64,000 nt of DNA, from positions 5,622 to 69,621 of the forward strand of contig CAYFNT010000011.1 of the NCBI GenBank assembly GCA_964344565.1. Direction: 5' to 3'. Below are positions 46,303 to 56,055 of the stretch, piece by piece. This DNA is from an uncultured bacterium. GTDB lineage: Bacteria; Krumholzibacteriota; Krumholzibacteriia; JACNKJ01. Made by a program: the position numbers and the translations under genes. The notes under the pieces are model-generated. The model made no database searches, had not been told where the DNA came from, and saw only the letters and a list, made by a program, of their open reading frames with translations. Each line of letters begins with the position of its first letter. Position 1 is the first letter of the stretch.

Positions 46303-46997
46303 TACTCCTCCAGCTCCCCCAAGGGCACCTCGCTGAGCACCGGCACGGGCTCCTCCGCGTCGAAGTCCACGGCCAGCCTTTCGACGCCGTAACCGCGGGC
46401 GATGAGCTCGAGGGTCTGCCTCGCCGATTCCTCGACCTTGGAGCGCAGGGCCCTGGCCTGATCCACGGCGAGCACGTGCACGTCCTCCTTGGCGCGCTCC
46501 TTCAGCTGGTTCTTCACCTTCACGTCGAAGCGGTCGCCCAGAACCTTGCTCAAGAGCCCGGGCAGCGCCCAGCTGAGCAGTTCGCCCTGCTGTTCGTCGT
46601 AGAAGGACAGGTCGCGCAGGCGGATCTCCGGCTTCACCGGCGGCATGCTGATGCGATGCAGACCCGCCTCCTCGCGTATGCCGAAGGCCGGATCGCGCAG
46701 ATCGTATCGGAAGTCCACTTCGAACTCGAAAATCATGACCATCTTCTTGGGGCCGAGCAGCCAGCTCCAGTACTTCTCGCCGGATTCGCCGAAACGATGG
46801 TCCTCGGCGCTCACGATCTCCTTGGCCAGGATGCGAAACACCGACAGCTCGCCGATGGACTGCATCTGCTTGATCTGCCGACCGATGCTCACGCGGGCCT
46901 CCCGCGGCGTCTTGCCCCGCCGGCTCATCCGCCAGAGGACGCCGAAGGCCGCCGCGACGACGAGCCCGAATATCAGTCCGAATCCAAATCCGCTCAT
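46302..46997 (-). CDS. DUF4230-like membrane-anchored protein
   Basis: N-terminal TM MSGFGFGLIFGLVVAAAFGVLW, then a pattern consistent with DUF4230 (...ELSVFRILAKEIV...FEVDFRYDL...). Confidence 0.6.
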   Translation of the reverse strand: MSGFGFGLIFGLVVAAAFGVLWRMSRRGKTPREARVSIGRQIKQMQSIGELSVFRILAKEIVSAEDHRFGESGEKYWSWLLGPKKMVMIFEFEVDFRYDLRDPAFGIREEAGLHRISMPPVKPEIRLRDLSFYDEQQGELLSWALPGLLSKVLGDRFDVKVKNQLKERAKEDVHVLAVDQARALRSKVEESARQTLELIARGYGVERLAVDFDAEEPVPVLSEVPLGELEE

Positions 46998-47004
46998 GGT
47001 TCTC

Positions 47005-48732
47005 CTAGGCAGGCTCCGGCATTTCGCCGATCTGCCGCAATTCGCGTTCGGCCCTCAAACGTTTCAGGGAAAGTACGGCCTCGGCGATGAGCCAGAGGTC
47101 GAGCAACAGGATGGCCACACCCGTTCCCACCAGCGGCCAGCTCACGGGATCGCTTCGCAGGAACTGCCAGAGGCTGTAGGGCAGCGCCGCCAGGGTGATG
47201 GCCATCATGAAGAGCATGGGAAGCAGGAAGTAGAGGATGGGCTTGCCCGCCCGATAGAAGTAGAGGGTCATCACCAGAAAGCCGAGGGCTCCCAGCAATT
47301 GATTCGTGATGCCGAATAGCGCCCAGAGGGTGATGCCCGCGGGCTTGCCGCCCACCTTGATCAGTGCGAAATAGCCGATGGCCAGCACGGCCAGAATGCC
47401 CGCGCCGTAGCGATTCCTGGTGATCCACCCCAGAGGCGCGAAGTGGCTGCCCAGTTCCTCGAGATTGTAGCGCAGCAGGCGGGTGCCCGAATCGAGGGTG
47501 GTCATGGCGAAACCCACGGCCACCACGGCAATGAAGATGCCGGCGAGGGCGGGGTCCAGGCCCAACTTGGCCGTGAAGCTGGCGCCGCCCTCCACGAAGG
47601 CCTTGAGCTTGGCGCCCAGGCTGCCCGCCCCGGCCCAGCTTGAGTAGTGCTGATTCCACTGGGCTCTGGTGGCGAAACCGGCCGTGGTGGCCAATATGGC
47701 GAGCACCGCGAGCAGGCCCTCGGTGAGCATGGCGCCGTAGCTCACGAAGAGCGAGTCTCGCTCGCTGGCCAGCTGCTTGGCCGTGGTGCCGCTGGACACC
47801 AGCGAGTGGAATCCGCTGATGGCGCCGCAGGCGATGGTGATGAAGAGGAAGGGAAAGAGCGGCGGCAGATCGGCAGGCGCGCTGTTGAGCGCCGGCGCGA
47901 CGATCTCCGGCCGGGTGACCACCAGCCCCGCGTAGAGCAGGCCCATGCCCAGGTAGAGCTGGAAGCTGTTCAGGTAGTCACGCGGCTGAAGCAGAAGCCA
48001 GACCGGCAGCACCGAAGCGATGAGCGCGTAGCCCATGAGGATCCAGACCCAGCGGTCCACGGTGAGTTCCATGCCGAAGAGTGCGGTGACCGGGTGTCCC
48101 GCGCCGTACCAGGTGGCCAAGAGCATGAGCGCTACGCCGATGAGGGTGGCGGGGGTGAGACCCACCCGGAAACGATAGACCAGGCTGCCGATGATCATGG
48201 CGATGGCGATGAGGCTCCAGACGGGAATCACCGCCTCGGGATAGAAGTTCAGGGGTCCGCTGCGGATGAACAGAAGGCTGATCACGTAGGCGAATGCGCC
48301 CATGGCCAGGGCGATGAGGAAGAAGATCAGCAGCAGAAAGAGCGTGCGTCCGCGAGGACCCAGTAGATCGCCGGTGATGTCGCCGATGGAGCGTCCCTGG
48401 TGTCTGAGCGAGATGTAGAGCGCTGCGAGATCATGCACCGCGCCCATGAAGATGCTTCCGAAAATCACCCAGAGCAGGGCGGGGAGCCATCCCCAGATGA
48501 CCGCGATGGCGGGGCCGAGGATGGGGCCGAGGCCGGCGATGCTCGCGAAGTGGTGCCCGAAGAGCACTGCCTTGTGGCTGGGCACGTAGTCGATGCCGTC
48601 ACGCTTCTCCTGGGCGGGCGTGGGTCGATCGGGAATGAACCCCAAGACCTTCGATCCCAGGCGTTTGCCGTAGGTGAAGTAGGCGGCCAGATAGGCGAAG
48701 AAGGCGAGGACGGCGATGAGGAGTGCGGACAT
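47005..48732 (-). CDS. cstA: Carbon starvation protein A (peptide/pyruvate transporter family)
   Basis: 575 aa, polytopic. ...HHFASIAGLGPILGPAIAVIWGWLPALLW... and ...CGAISGFHSLVSSGTTAKQL... match the CstA family. Confidence 0.9.
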   Translation of the reverse strand: MSALLIAVLAFFAYLAAYFTYGKRLGSKVLGFIPDRPTPAQEKRDGIDYVPSHKAVLFGHHFASIAGLGPILGPAIAVIWGWLPALLWVIFGSIFMGAVHDLAALYISLRHQGRSIGDITGDLLGPRGRTLFLLLIFFLIALAMGAFAYVISLLFIRSGPLNFYPEAVIPVWSLIAIAMIIGSLVYRFRVGLTPATLIGVALMLLATWYGAGHPVTALFGMELTVDRWVWILMGYALIASVLPVWLLLQPRDYLNSFQLYLGMGLLYAGLVVTRPEIVAPALNSAPADLPPLFPFLFITIACGAISGFHSLVSSGTTAKQLASERDSLFVSYGAMLTEGLLAVLAILATTAGFATRAQWNQHYSSWAGAGSLGAKLKAFVEGGASFTAKLGLDPALAGIFIAVVAVGFAMTTLDSGTRLLRYNLEELGSHFAPLGWITRNRYGAGILAVLAIGYFALIKVGGKPAGITLWALFGITNQLLGALGFLVMTLYFYRAGKPILYFLLPMLFMMAITLAALPYSLWQFLRSDPVSWPLVGTGVAILLLDLWLIAEAVLSLKRLRAERELRQIGEMPEPA

Positions 48733-48855
48733 TGACTACCTTCGGCGATGAACTTTGCGATTTCGAAGCATAGTCGCTGGGAAGCCGGCTGTTAAGGGAG
48801 AAAGCCCTTGAGCACGGTATCCGGCGACGGGGTCGGGTAGCGGGGGAGCGGGTCC

Positions 48856-48922
48856 GCGAATCAAGCGAGAGGGATCACGATTCAAGCGGACGAGTTCGCG
48901 AATCAGGGAGGCGAATCAACGG
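48856..48922. promoter_or_regulatory. Four direct repeats of GCGAATCA-like octamers (gcgaatcaagcg / cacgattcaagcg / gcgaatcaggg / gcgaatcaacgg) in the cstA upstream region
   Basis: Read from sequence, 120-190 nt upstream of the cstA start. Candidate regulator-binding array. Confidence 0.4.
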
Positions 48923-49069
48923 ATCCGGCGGTTGGGCCGGGAAATCGACCGCCGAAGAAGCGAGCACAAAAAAACCTGCAGGAGCTTCGCCGAGACGAAG
49001 ACCCCCGCAGGAGGGTGAGAGAAAGTCCAAGTCTAGTCGAAGCCGGAAAGGGCTGTCAAGACCCCCGGC

Positions 49070-49435
49070 TCAGGAACCTCTGGGCCAGTAGAGGATCCGA
49101 CCGCAATTCTCGCAATGGAGGATTTTTTCCTGATTCTCGGCGGACGTGTAAGCCGTTGGAATTACGGCGAAACAGCCGAGGCAGATATTCCCGGTCACGG
49201 GCACCACGGCCCGACCCAGGCGCTTGACCGCGCGTTCGTAGCGGCTGAGCAGCACCTTGTCGATGCCGACGGCCAACTCGTCGCGGGCGGCCTGGAGATC
49301 CTCCAGTCCCTCCATGGCGAAGCCCATTTCCTCGAGCTTCTTGGCGTGGACCTGATCCTTGGTCTCGCGAATCATGTCGTCGAGATCCTGGAGAGCCACC
49401 AGGCGCAGAAGGTGTTCGCTCATCGGGGACATCAT
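49070..49435 (-). CDS. Zinc-ribbon domain protein (COG1579-like, C4 type)
   Basis: Coiled-coil N-terminus then CLGCF...CENCG. Confidence 0.65.
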   Translation of the reverse strand: MMSPMSEHLLRLVALQDLDDMIRETKDQVHAKKLEEMGFAMEGLEDLQAARDELAVGIDKVLLSRYERAVKRLGRAVVPVTGNICLGCFAVIPTAYTSAENQEKILHCENCGRILYWPRGS

Positions 49436-49893
49436 TCTTCCTCCAGGATGGCTTTGAACTCATCGAACTTCTTCAAGGCCATGAGCTTCTCGCGGGAAGC
49501 GTCCTCGCGGATGAGTTCCACCACCTGTCCGAGGGCGGGCAGGTAGCGATTGTCTTTCTCCACGGGTGGGGCGATGAACATGAAGAACAGGTGCACGGGC
49601 TTGCCGTCGATGGCGCCGTAGTCCACGCCCTTCTGCGAGACGGCCAGCAGGGCCATCAGTTTGGGGATGGCCAGCGAGCGGCCGTGGGGAAAGGCCACGC
49701 CGCTTCCGAGCCCGGTGCTGCCAAGGCTCTCGCGGTTTTTGAGCATTCCCAGGATGACGTCGCGGTCGCGAATGACGCCGGCCTCGACGGCATGATCGAC
49801 CATCTCCTGGAGCGCGTCATCGCGATTCTTCGCTTTGAGTTTGGGAATGAAGAGATCGGGACTGAACAGCGAAATGAGTTCTTCGCGTGTCAT
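49432..49893 (-). CDS. ptsN: PTS EIIA(Ntr)-type nitrogen regulatory protein
   Basis: ...ESLGSTGLGSGVAFPHGR... is the PTS EIIA type-2 His signature. 153 aa. Overlaps the downstream zinc-ribbon gene by 4 nt. Confidence 0.8.
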   Translation of the reverse strand: MTREELISLFSPDLFIPKLKAKNRDDALQEMVDHAVEAGVIRDRDVILGMLKNRESLGSTGLGSGVAFPHGRSLAIPKLMALLAVSQKGVDYGAIDGKPVHLFFMFIAPPVEKDNRYLPALGQVVELIREDASREKLMALKKFDEFKAILEEE

Positions 49894-50051
49894 GGGGGGG
49901 AACTCCCTTGGCTATCGATATCGGTTTGGGTCACCGGCCTCCCTTCCCTGGACGGGAATGGCAAGTCTGTACAGGCTAACAAACAGTCCCCAATCGGACA
50001 AGCCTCTCCAGAAGACTTTTCCCCTTCGGGCCGCTCTGCTAGGATGCCGCC

Positions 50052-51002
50052 ATGTGCGCCTCCCATCCTGAGTTGACCGGACGCGTGGTCCGGGCCGAGA
50101 GCGGCCGCTTCACCGTGGTGGCCGGGGGGCTCACCGTGCCCTGCCGCCTGAGAGGCCGCCTGAAGAAGGAGAAGCTGGGGCGCAAGCGGAACCTGGTGGT
50201 GGGCGACGAGGTGCGCATCCGCCTGACGGGCCCCGAGGGAGCCCTCGACAGCGAGGGGGTGGTGGAGGAGATCCTGCCGAGGCGCAACATGATCTCGCGC
50301 CTAGCCGCCGGAAAACGCCGTCAGGAGCAGATTCTCATGGCCAATCTGGACCGCATCTTCCTGGTCATGTCCGTCCGCGAGCCCACCTTCGCCGCCATAC
50401 TGCTCGACCGTTTCCTGGCCGCGGTGGAGCATCGGAAGCTCGAGGCCCATATCTGCATGAACAAGTGCGACCTGGATCCGGGCGGCGAGGCGGAAGCGGC
50501 CCTGGAGCCCTACCGCAAGGCCGGCTACGAGTGTCACATTCTTAGTGCGGTGGAGGAGCGTGGCCTCGAAGAGCTCGTCGCGGCCATGAAGGGCAGGGTG
50601 AGCTTCTTCCTGGGACCTTCCGGCGCGGGAAAGAGCACTCTTCTCGCGGCCATCCAACCGGGACTCGAGCTGGCCACCCAGACCGTGAGCCGGGGGTCGG
50701 GCATGGGACGGCACACCACCACGCGCACGGAATTGCACGCCCTTGATTTCGGAGGCTACGTGGCCGATTCGCCGGGAGTTCGGGAATTCGGACTCTGGGG
50801 CGTGGAGGCCAGGGAACTCGCCGCCTGCTTCCCGGAATTCCGAGAGCTTCTCGGCACCTGCCGATTCCCCGACTGCAGCCACTCCCACGAGCCCGATTGC
50901 GCCGTTCTGGAGGCCTTAGGCGAAGGCCGGCTAGATGCAAGCAGGCATTCGAGTTACCTCAGAATCCTCGAAGAGATCGATGCCGGCGACTTAACTTTCT
51001 GA
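50052..51002 (+). CDS. rsgA: Ribosome small-subunit-dependent GTPase A
   Basis: OB N-terminus, G motifs (...NKCDL..., GPSGAGKSTL), C-terminal zinc knuckle CRFPDCSHSHEPDCAV. Confidence 0.85.
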   Translation: MCASHPELTGRVVRAESGRFTVVAGGLTVPCRLRGRLKKEKLGRKRNLVVGDEVRIRLTGPEGALDSEGVVEEILPRRNMISRLAAGKRRQEQILMANLDRIFLVMSVREPTFAAILLDRFLAAVEHRKLEAHICMNKCDLDPGGEAEAALEPYRKAGYECHILSAVEERGLEELVAAMKGRVSFFLGPSGAGKSTLLAAIQPGLELATQTVSRGSGMGRHTTTRTELHALDFGGYVADSPGVREFGLWGVEARELAACFPEFRELLGTCRFPDCSHSHEPDCAVLEALGEGRLDASRHSSYLRILEEIDAGDLTF

Positions 51003-51100
51003 GGCGGCTGTCTTGACCCGCAATTGACTGTCTGATAAGGTTGTTAACCGGAAGACCCTGTCTTCCGTGCAGTTTTGTACTTTTTTCAAGGGGGCCTGTT

Positions 51101-51298
51101 TTGCGAGGCAAAGTAAAGTGGTTCGACGAAGCCAAGGGATATGGTTTCATCGAACAGGAGTCCGGTGAGGACATTTTCGTCCACTTCTCCCAGATCCAGG
51201 GCGAAGGCTTCCGGACTCTCAGTGAGGGCCAGGAGGTCGAATTCGAAGTCAGTCAGGGCCCCAAAGGTCCACTGGCCACAAATGTGACCAAGATGTAA
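51101..51298 (+). CDS. Cold-shock protein (CspA family)
   Basis: TTG start after aagggggc. [50 protein letters not shown] (RNP1/RNP2). Confidence 0.8.
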   Translation: MRGKVKWFDEAKGYGFIEQESGEDIFVHFSQIQGEGFRTLSEGQEVEFEVSQGPKGPLATNVTKM

Positions 51299-51321
51299 GC
51301 TCGGCCGAATCAAGTCCTTGA

Positions 51322-51349
51322 CCCCCGCGCTCTGCGGGGGTTCTTTTTT
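51322..51349 (+). terminator. Rho-independent terminator CCCCCGC-gctct-GCGGGGG + TTCTTTTTT
   Basis: 24 nt after the csp stop. Confidence 0.7.
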
Positions 51350-51352
51350 GGC

Positions 51353-52261
51353 ATGCAAAGCCTACCCTCTCCTTACATTCTCGTCGGCGACGAGATCTTC
51401 GCCCACGACGAGGCCAAGGTGTCCGCGAGCGACCGCGGATTTCTCTACGGCGACGGCATCTACGAGACCCTGCGGATCTACGGCGGCGTGCCCTTCGAAA
51501 TGGAGGAGCACCTCGAGCGTCTGCACGAATCGGCCGAAGCCCTCTACATGCATCTTCCCTGGAGCGATGGGGAACTCGCGGACAAGATTCGCCGCACCCT
51601 CGAGGCCAACGAAACGGCGGAAGGGCGTCTGCGCATCACCGTGACCCGCGGCGAGGGCGACGTGCGCGCGAGGCCGGAGGAGTTGCGCAGTCCGGAAATC
51701 GTCATCCGCGCGCAACCCTACGAGCCGCCCGGCGACGAGTTCTATCGCCGGGGCGTCGGCGTGGAGATCAGCGAACGCATCCGAAATCTTCCGGGCGCGC
51801 TCGATCCGGCCATCAAGAGCGGCAACCTGCTGAACAACCTTCTGGCGCGGTTCGAGATGCGCCAACGCGACACCTTCGAGATCCTGCTGCCCAATTCCCG
51901 TGGCGAACTCACCGAGGGATCCCTGTCCAATATCTTCCTGGTGGATGGCCATTCGCGCTTGCTGACCCCTTCGGCGGAGAGCGGCATCCTGCTCGGCATC
52001 ACCCGCAAGTGGGTCATGGACCTGGCCCGTGGCCTGGGCATGGAGGTGGTGGAGAAGGCGGTGATGCCCGAGGAACTCTTCGAGGCGAAGGAGGCATTCA
52101 TCACAGCCAGCACCCTGGAGATCCTTCCCGTGAAGGAGGTTGAGGGAAGGACCATCGGCGCCGGCGAGGCGGGTCCCGAAACCCTCAAGCTGCTGGACGC
52201 TTATCGCCAGCGCGTGCGCGAATACTGCGCAAACTTCCGCTGGCCTGATCCAGGCGAATAG
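51353..52261 (+). CDS. Class IV PLP aminotransferase (branched-chain / D-amino-acid aminotransferase or aminodeoxychorismate lyase family)
   Basis: ...DRGFLYGDGIYETLR..., ...EGSLSNIFLVDG..., ...GILLGITRKWV... Confidence 0.8.
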   Translation: MQSLPSPYILVGDEIFAHDEAKVSASDRGFLYGDGIYETLRIYGGVPFEMEEHLERLHESAEALYMHLPWSDGELADKIRRTLEANETAEGRLRITVTRGEGDVRARPEELRSPEIVIRAQPYEPPGDEFYRRGVGVEISERIRNLPGALDPAIKSGNLLNNLLARFEMRQRDTFEILLPNSRGELTEGSLSNIFLVDGHSRLLTPSAESGILLGITRKWVMDLARGLGMEVVEKAVMPEELFEAKEAFITASTLEILPVKEVEGRTIGAGEAGPETLKLLDAYRQRVREYCANFRWPDPGE

Positions 52262-52267
52262 GCGTGC

Positions 52268-52308
52268 AAAAAAAAAGAGCCCTGTCCCGAAGGACAGGGC
52301 CTCTTTTT
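52268..52308. terminator. Bidirectional rho-independent terminator (A9 - GCCCTGTCC-cgaa-GGACAGGGC - CTCTTTTT)
   Basis: Between convergent genes. Confidence 0.7.
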
Positions 52309-52350
52309 CTCTACCCGAAGCGGCCGCCCGGTAGCAATTCTCGATTCCGA

Positions 52351-52791
52351 CTAGTTGCCGGTACCCATCTGATCCTTGGGATCCGTCGTGTAAGGATCGG
52401 AGGTATTGAGAAGTACTTCCACGCCACCGGAGAATCCGCTTTCATTGCCGCTCTGGTCCAGCGCGGTCACCTTGTAGGTCACGATCATCGGGCTGTCAGC
52501 CACGATACGATCGTAGAAACCGGCGCTGGGAATCTCGCTGAGCGACTGGAAGCCGGGCTGACCGGCCTGACGATAAACCTTGTAACCGGCCAGGTCCGCC
52601 TCATGGTTCTCACGCCAAGTCAGGTGGACCGTGTTGCCCGAAACCTGCACCATCACTTTGCCAGGTGCGGAAGGGGCGACAAGATCTCCCCCGGGATCGG
52701 GTTCGATCGGGGTGGAGCTATTGCCAGAACAAGCTACCACCAGAAAGGCGGACACCGTTGCCAAGGCAATTAGCATCAGAGTCTTACGCAT
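52351..52791 (-). CDS. Lipoprotein with fibronectin-III-like domain
   Basis: MRKTLMLIALATVSAFLVVACSG lipobox. ...VHLTWRENHEADLAGYKVYR... is FN3-like. Confidence 0.6.
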   Translation of the reverse strand: MRKTLMLIALATVSAFLVVACSGNSSTPIEPDPGGDLVAPSAPGKVMVQVSGNTVHLTWRENHEADLAGYKVYRQAGQPGFQSLSEIPSAGFYDRIVADSPMIVTYKVTALDQSGNESGFSGGVEVLLNTSDPYTTDPKDQMGTGN

Positions 52792-53105
52792 TGTCCGTTC
52801 TCCTTTCAAATGCTCAGAACGCGCGTCTTGCGTTTGACAGAGAGAGGCCGCGGGGAAACGGGAGGTCGAAACTAAGTCAGCAGGTCAGGTCGTCCCCCCG
52901 CAGCCGAGCCCCCATCAGCAAACCCGGTGCCAGGGTGAAAACGGCGTTTTGCGGACCGCTAAGTCGTTGGAAAACAAGCAAGAAGCGAGGATGGTCAGAA
53001 CTCAGAAACCCTTCTCGGGAAGCTTGGGGACCCGGAGGAAGCCCGGGATGGGAGGCGGCCGGAAGCCGAATGGGAGGGGAAGAATGTTCCTCTTGCCCCT
53101 TCCAC

Positions 53106-53135
53106 TTGACAATTTTGGCGCGCCTTGACTAATCT
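53106..53135 (+). promoter_or_regulatory. Sigma-70-like promoter TTGACA-N18-TAATCT upstream of the HU gene
   Basis: cacttgacaattttggcgcgccttgactaatct. About 55 nt to the ATG at 53189. Confidence 0.35.
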
Positions 53136-53188
53136 GGTATCCGAGAAGGACTTGTGAGCAGTTCCTAATCAGGGGAAGGAGTAGGTCC

Positions 53189-53494
53189 ATGACGAAGGCT
53201 CAGATCGTTGAGGAAATCGTCCAAAAGACCGGCCTTACGAAAAAGGATGTCGCCGAGGCTGTGGATCAGTTCCTGAAATCCATTTCGGATGCATTGGCCG
53301 AGGGCAAGCATTTGGAAATCAGGGGATTCGGTACTTTCAAGGTGAAGCGTCGCAAGGCGCGCATGGCCCGCAATCCCCGCACCGGCGATCCCGTTCCCGT
53401 GCCCGAGCGCTTTGTTCCCGTTTTCAAGGTGAGCAAGGAGTTGAAGGACATGGTGGCCACCGCCAATCCCATCGCGGAGGAGGGCGGGCTCTAA
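53189..53494 (+). CDS. HU/IHF-family nucleoid-associated DNA-binding protein
   Basis: ...GFGTFKVKRRKARMARNPRTGDPVPVPERFVPVFKVSKELKD... 101 aa. Confidence 0.85.
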   Translation: MTKAQIVEEIVQKTGLTKKDVAEAVDQFLKSISDALAEGKHLEIRGFGTFKVKRRKARMARNPRTGDPVPVPERFVPVFKVSKELKDMVATANPIAEEGGL

Positions 53495-53525
53495 AGCCGT
53501 CCGTCCTTTCCAGTTAGAATTGAAA

Positions 53526-53548
53526 GAGCCTCCCTGGCGGGGGAGGCT
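53526..53548. terminator. Hairpin GAGCCTCCC-tggcg-GGGAGGCTC between convergent HU and OMP genes; T-rich on the minus-strand side
   Basis: Read from sequence. Confidence 0.5.
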
Positions 53549-53574
53549 CTATGCTATCGGGACGCGAAGGCCTT

Positions 53575-54144
53575 CTAGTTGTCGAGCAGGTAGGACAGGG
53601 TAAGGCTGAAGTCCAGGTTGTGAGTCAGCGTGCTCTCGTAGAAAGCGCTTTCGGGTTCGGAATCCTTTATCCAGGCGCCGGTCCAGCCCACGTCTCCCCG
53701 CAGGTACAGGTCGTCAAAGAGGTTGCGGCGCGCGCCCAGCCCCAGCTGCACGCTGTTGCTGTTGCGATAGTCTTCGGCGGTGTAGCGATTGAAACTGCCC
53801 ACGCCCGCGAGAAGGTGCACGAAGAAGCCGCGCATGGGGAGCAGATCGTAGGTCAGATTGAGTTGCGTGCGCGAAACGTAATCGTCGGCGCCGAAGGGGA
53901 ATCCCCCGATGCCATCGTGGTTGGTCGAACGCGCGTAGTGGAACTGCAGTCCCAGGTAGGGGATGAAGCGCATGTCGGCGCGGAAGCCGTAGGCCAGCGC
54001 GTTGTCGTACTCCAGGGCGCTGTCGTACTTCAGGAATCCCACGTAGGGAGCGAGCTCGAGGCTGGGCAGTTCCTGGAAGGCGAAAGCCCCGCCCGCGAAG
54101 GCGAGGATCAACAGGGCGGACAGAGCCGCGACATTCATCTTCAT
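53575..54144 (-). CDS. Outer-membrane beta-barrel protein (OmpA-like/OmpW-like small porin family)
   Basis: Signal peptide MKMNVAALSALLILAFAGGAFA. Alternating hydrophobic beta-strands. C-terminal aromatic ...LSYLLDN. Confidence 0.65.
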   Translation of the reverse strand: MKMNVAALSALLILAFAGGAFAFQELPSLELAPYVGFLKYDSALEYDNALAYGFRADMRFIPYLGLQFHYARSTNHDGIGGFPFGADDYVSRTQLNLTYDLLPMRGFFVHLLAGVGSFNRYTAEDYRNSNSVQLGLGARRNLFDDLYLRGDVGWTGAWIKDSEPESAFYESTLTHNLDFSLTLSYLLDN

Positions 54145-54238
54145 GGATCGTCCTTAGGGATTCGAGTCCTGGGGCCGGGCAGGCTTAGATTAGGGCAGCG
54201 AGGTCGGGAAATCAAGCCCTGCCCTTCACCACCCCCCG

Positions 54239-54307
54239 GCCTCGGGCAGCGAGCCTCGGGCTGTGGGCCTCGGGCCCCGGGCCTCGGGCTGCGGCCTCGG
54301 GCCACGA
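54239..54307. repeat. Five tandem copies of a 14-bp unit GCCTCGGGC+N5 in a divergent promoter region
   Basis: gcctcgggcagcga gcctcgggctgtgg gcctcgggccccgg gcctcgggctgcg gcctcgggccacga. Confidence 0.85.
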
Positions 54308-54364
54308 GCACCTTGCCTAGTGCCCCGGGCTTCACTAGACTCGGCGGGTCTTGAAAGGAGTCCC

Positions 54365-55231
54365 GTGAAATTCACCGTCGCCATGGCGCAGATCGATCCG
54401 GCCCTGGGTCTGCCCGAACAGAACCTCGAGCTTCACCGGCAGCGGGCCGACGCGGCCCTGTCCGAAGGCGCCGAGTTGCTCATCTTCCCCGAACTCAGTC
54501 TCACGGGATACCTGGTCAAGGACATGGTGCCCGACCTGGCCCTGGCGCCGGAGGATCCATTCCTCGCGCCCCTCTACGAGCTGTCAGGCAAGCTCGATCT
54601 GGTCTTCGGATTCGTGGAGGATCTGCCCGGCGGCAACCACTGCAACAGCCTCGCCTGGCTGTCCGGCGGGAAACTCCTGCATGTGCACCGCAAGCTCTAC
54701 CTGCCCACCTACGGCATGTTCGAGGAGGGCCGCTACTTCGCCCGCGGCCAGCGCATGCAGGCCTTCGAGACCCGTTTCGGACGCATGGCCATGGCCGTCT
54801 GCGAGGATCTCTGGCATCCCTCGGTGCCCTACCTGGCCTACCTCGACGGCGCCCTGGGACTCGTGGTGGGATCGGCCAGTCCCACCCGCGGGGTGGAGGA
54901 GGGGCCGCTGCCGCCCAACGCCGAGTTCTGGCGGCGTCTCCTCGAGCATGACGCTTCCCTCTACGGCGGCTTCCTGGCCTTCGCCAACCGCTTCGGCGTG
55001 GAGGACGGCATCAACTACTGGGGCGGCAGCCGGCTCGTCGGCCCTTCCGGAGAGACCCTGGCCGAAGGCCCACTCCACGAGGAAGCCCTGGTCGTCGGCG
55101 AGATGGACATGTCGGCCCTGCGCCGCCGCCGGGACGAGTTCTCGCTCCTGCGCGACGAGAATCCCGAACTCACCTTCCGCAATCTCGAACGCATCCTGCG
55201 CGAACGGGCCGGGACGGAGGACGAGTCGTGA
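54365..55231 (+). CDS. Carbon-nitrogen hydrolase (nitrilase superfamily); probable glutaminase subunit of NAD synthetase
   Basis: GTG start after aaaggag. ...[12 protein letters not shown]..., ...[10 protein letters not shown]... (catalytic Cys). Overlaps nadE by 4 nt. Confidence 0.8.
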   Translation: MKFTVAMAQIDPALGLPEQNLELHRQRADAALSEGAELLIFPELSLTGYLVKDMVPDLALAPEDPFLAPLYELSGKLDLVFGFVEDLPGGNHCNSLAWLSGGKLLHVHRKLYLPTYGMFEEGRYFARGQRMQAFETRFGRMAMAVCEDLWHPSVPYLAYLDGALGLVVGSASPTRGVEEGPLPPNAEFWRRLLEHDASLYGGFLAFANRFGVEDGINYWGGSRLVGPSGETLAEGPLHEEALVVGEMDMSALRRRRDEFSLLRDENPELTFRNLERILRERAGTEDES

Positions 55232-56055
55232 CCGACCCCTTCCAGCGCATCGATTACGAGCTGGTGCGGAAGATCCTGCTGCAGTTCCTGCGCAGCGAGG
55301 TGGGGCGCACGGGCATGGAGCGCGGAATCCTGGGTCTGTCCGGTGGACTGGACTCGGCCCTGGTCTGCTACTTGGCCGCCGAGGCTTTGGGGCCCGAGAA
55401 GGTCATCGCCGTGTCCATGCCCTACAGCGCCAGCTCCCCCCAGAGCCTGGAGCACGCGAAGCTCGTGGCCCGGGAAACCGGCGTGGAGTTTCTCATCCGC
55501 GAGATCACGCCCATGGTGGACGCCTACTACAAGCGACAGCCCGAGGCCAGCAGTCTGCGGCGGGGCAACAAGATGGCCCGGGAACGCATGAGCATCCTCT
55601 ACGATCTGTCGGCTGAGCGGGGCGCACTGGTGCTGGGCACCAGCAACAAGAGCGAACTATTCCTGGGCTACGGCACCGCATTCGGCGATCTGGCCAGCGC
55701 CGTCAATCCCATCGGCGACCTATTCAAGACCGAGGTGCGACACCTATCCCGCCTCATGGGGGTACCCTCGGAGATCGTCGACAAGGCGCCCAGCGCCGAC
55801 CTCTGGGCGGGCCAGAGCGACGAGGACGAACTGGGCTTCAGCTACGCAGAGGTCGATCCCCTGCTGCGCATGATGCTCGACGAACGGCGCTCCGAACGGG
55901 AGTGCGTGGAGGCCGGCTACGACGCGGCCATGGTGCGCCGCGTGCACGAGATGATCCGCAAGTCGCAGTTCAAGCGGCGGCTGCCGGTCATCGCCAAGGT
56001 CTCGCGGCGCACGGTGGACCGCGACTTCCGCTATCCCCGCGACTGGGGAAGCTGA
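55228..56055 (+). CDS. nadE: NAD+ synthetase (ammonia-ligase domain, PP-loop ATPase)
   Basis: ...[11 protein letters not shown]... PP-loop; 275 aa. Confidence 0.85.
   Translation: MTDPFQRIDYELVRKILLQFLRSEVGRTGMERGILGLSGGLDSALVCYLAAEALGPEKVIAVSMPYSASSPQSLEHAKLVARETGVEFLIREITPMVDAYYKRQPEASSLRRGNKMARERMSILYDLSAERGALVLGTSNKSELFLGYGTAFGDLASAVNPIGDLFKTEVRHLSRLMGVPSEIVDKAPSADLWAGQSDEDELGFSYAEVDPLLRMMLDERRSERECVEAGYDAAMVRRVHEMIRKSQFKRRLPVIAKVSRRTVDRDFRYPRDWGS

Noticed and set aside
54141-54335. 64-aa minus-strand ORF over the 14-bp repeat tract
   Set aside because: Entirely made of the tandem repeat plus promoter region; P/G/R-rich; not coding.
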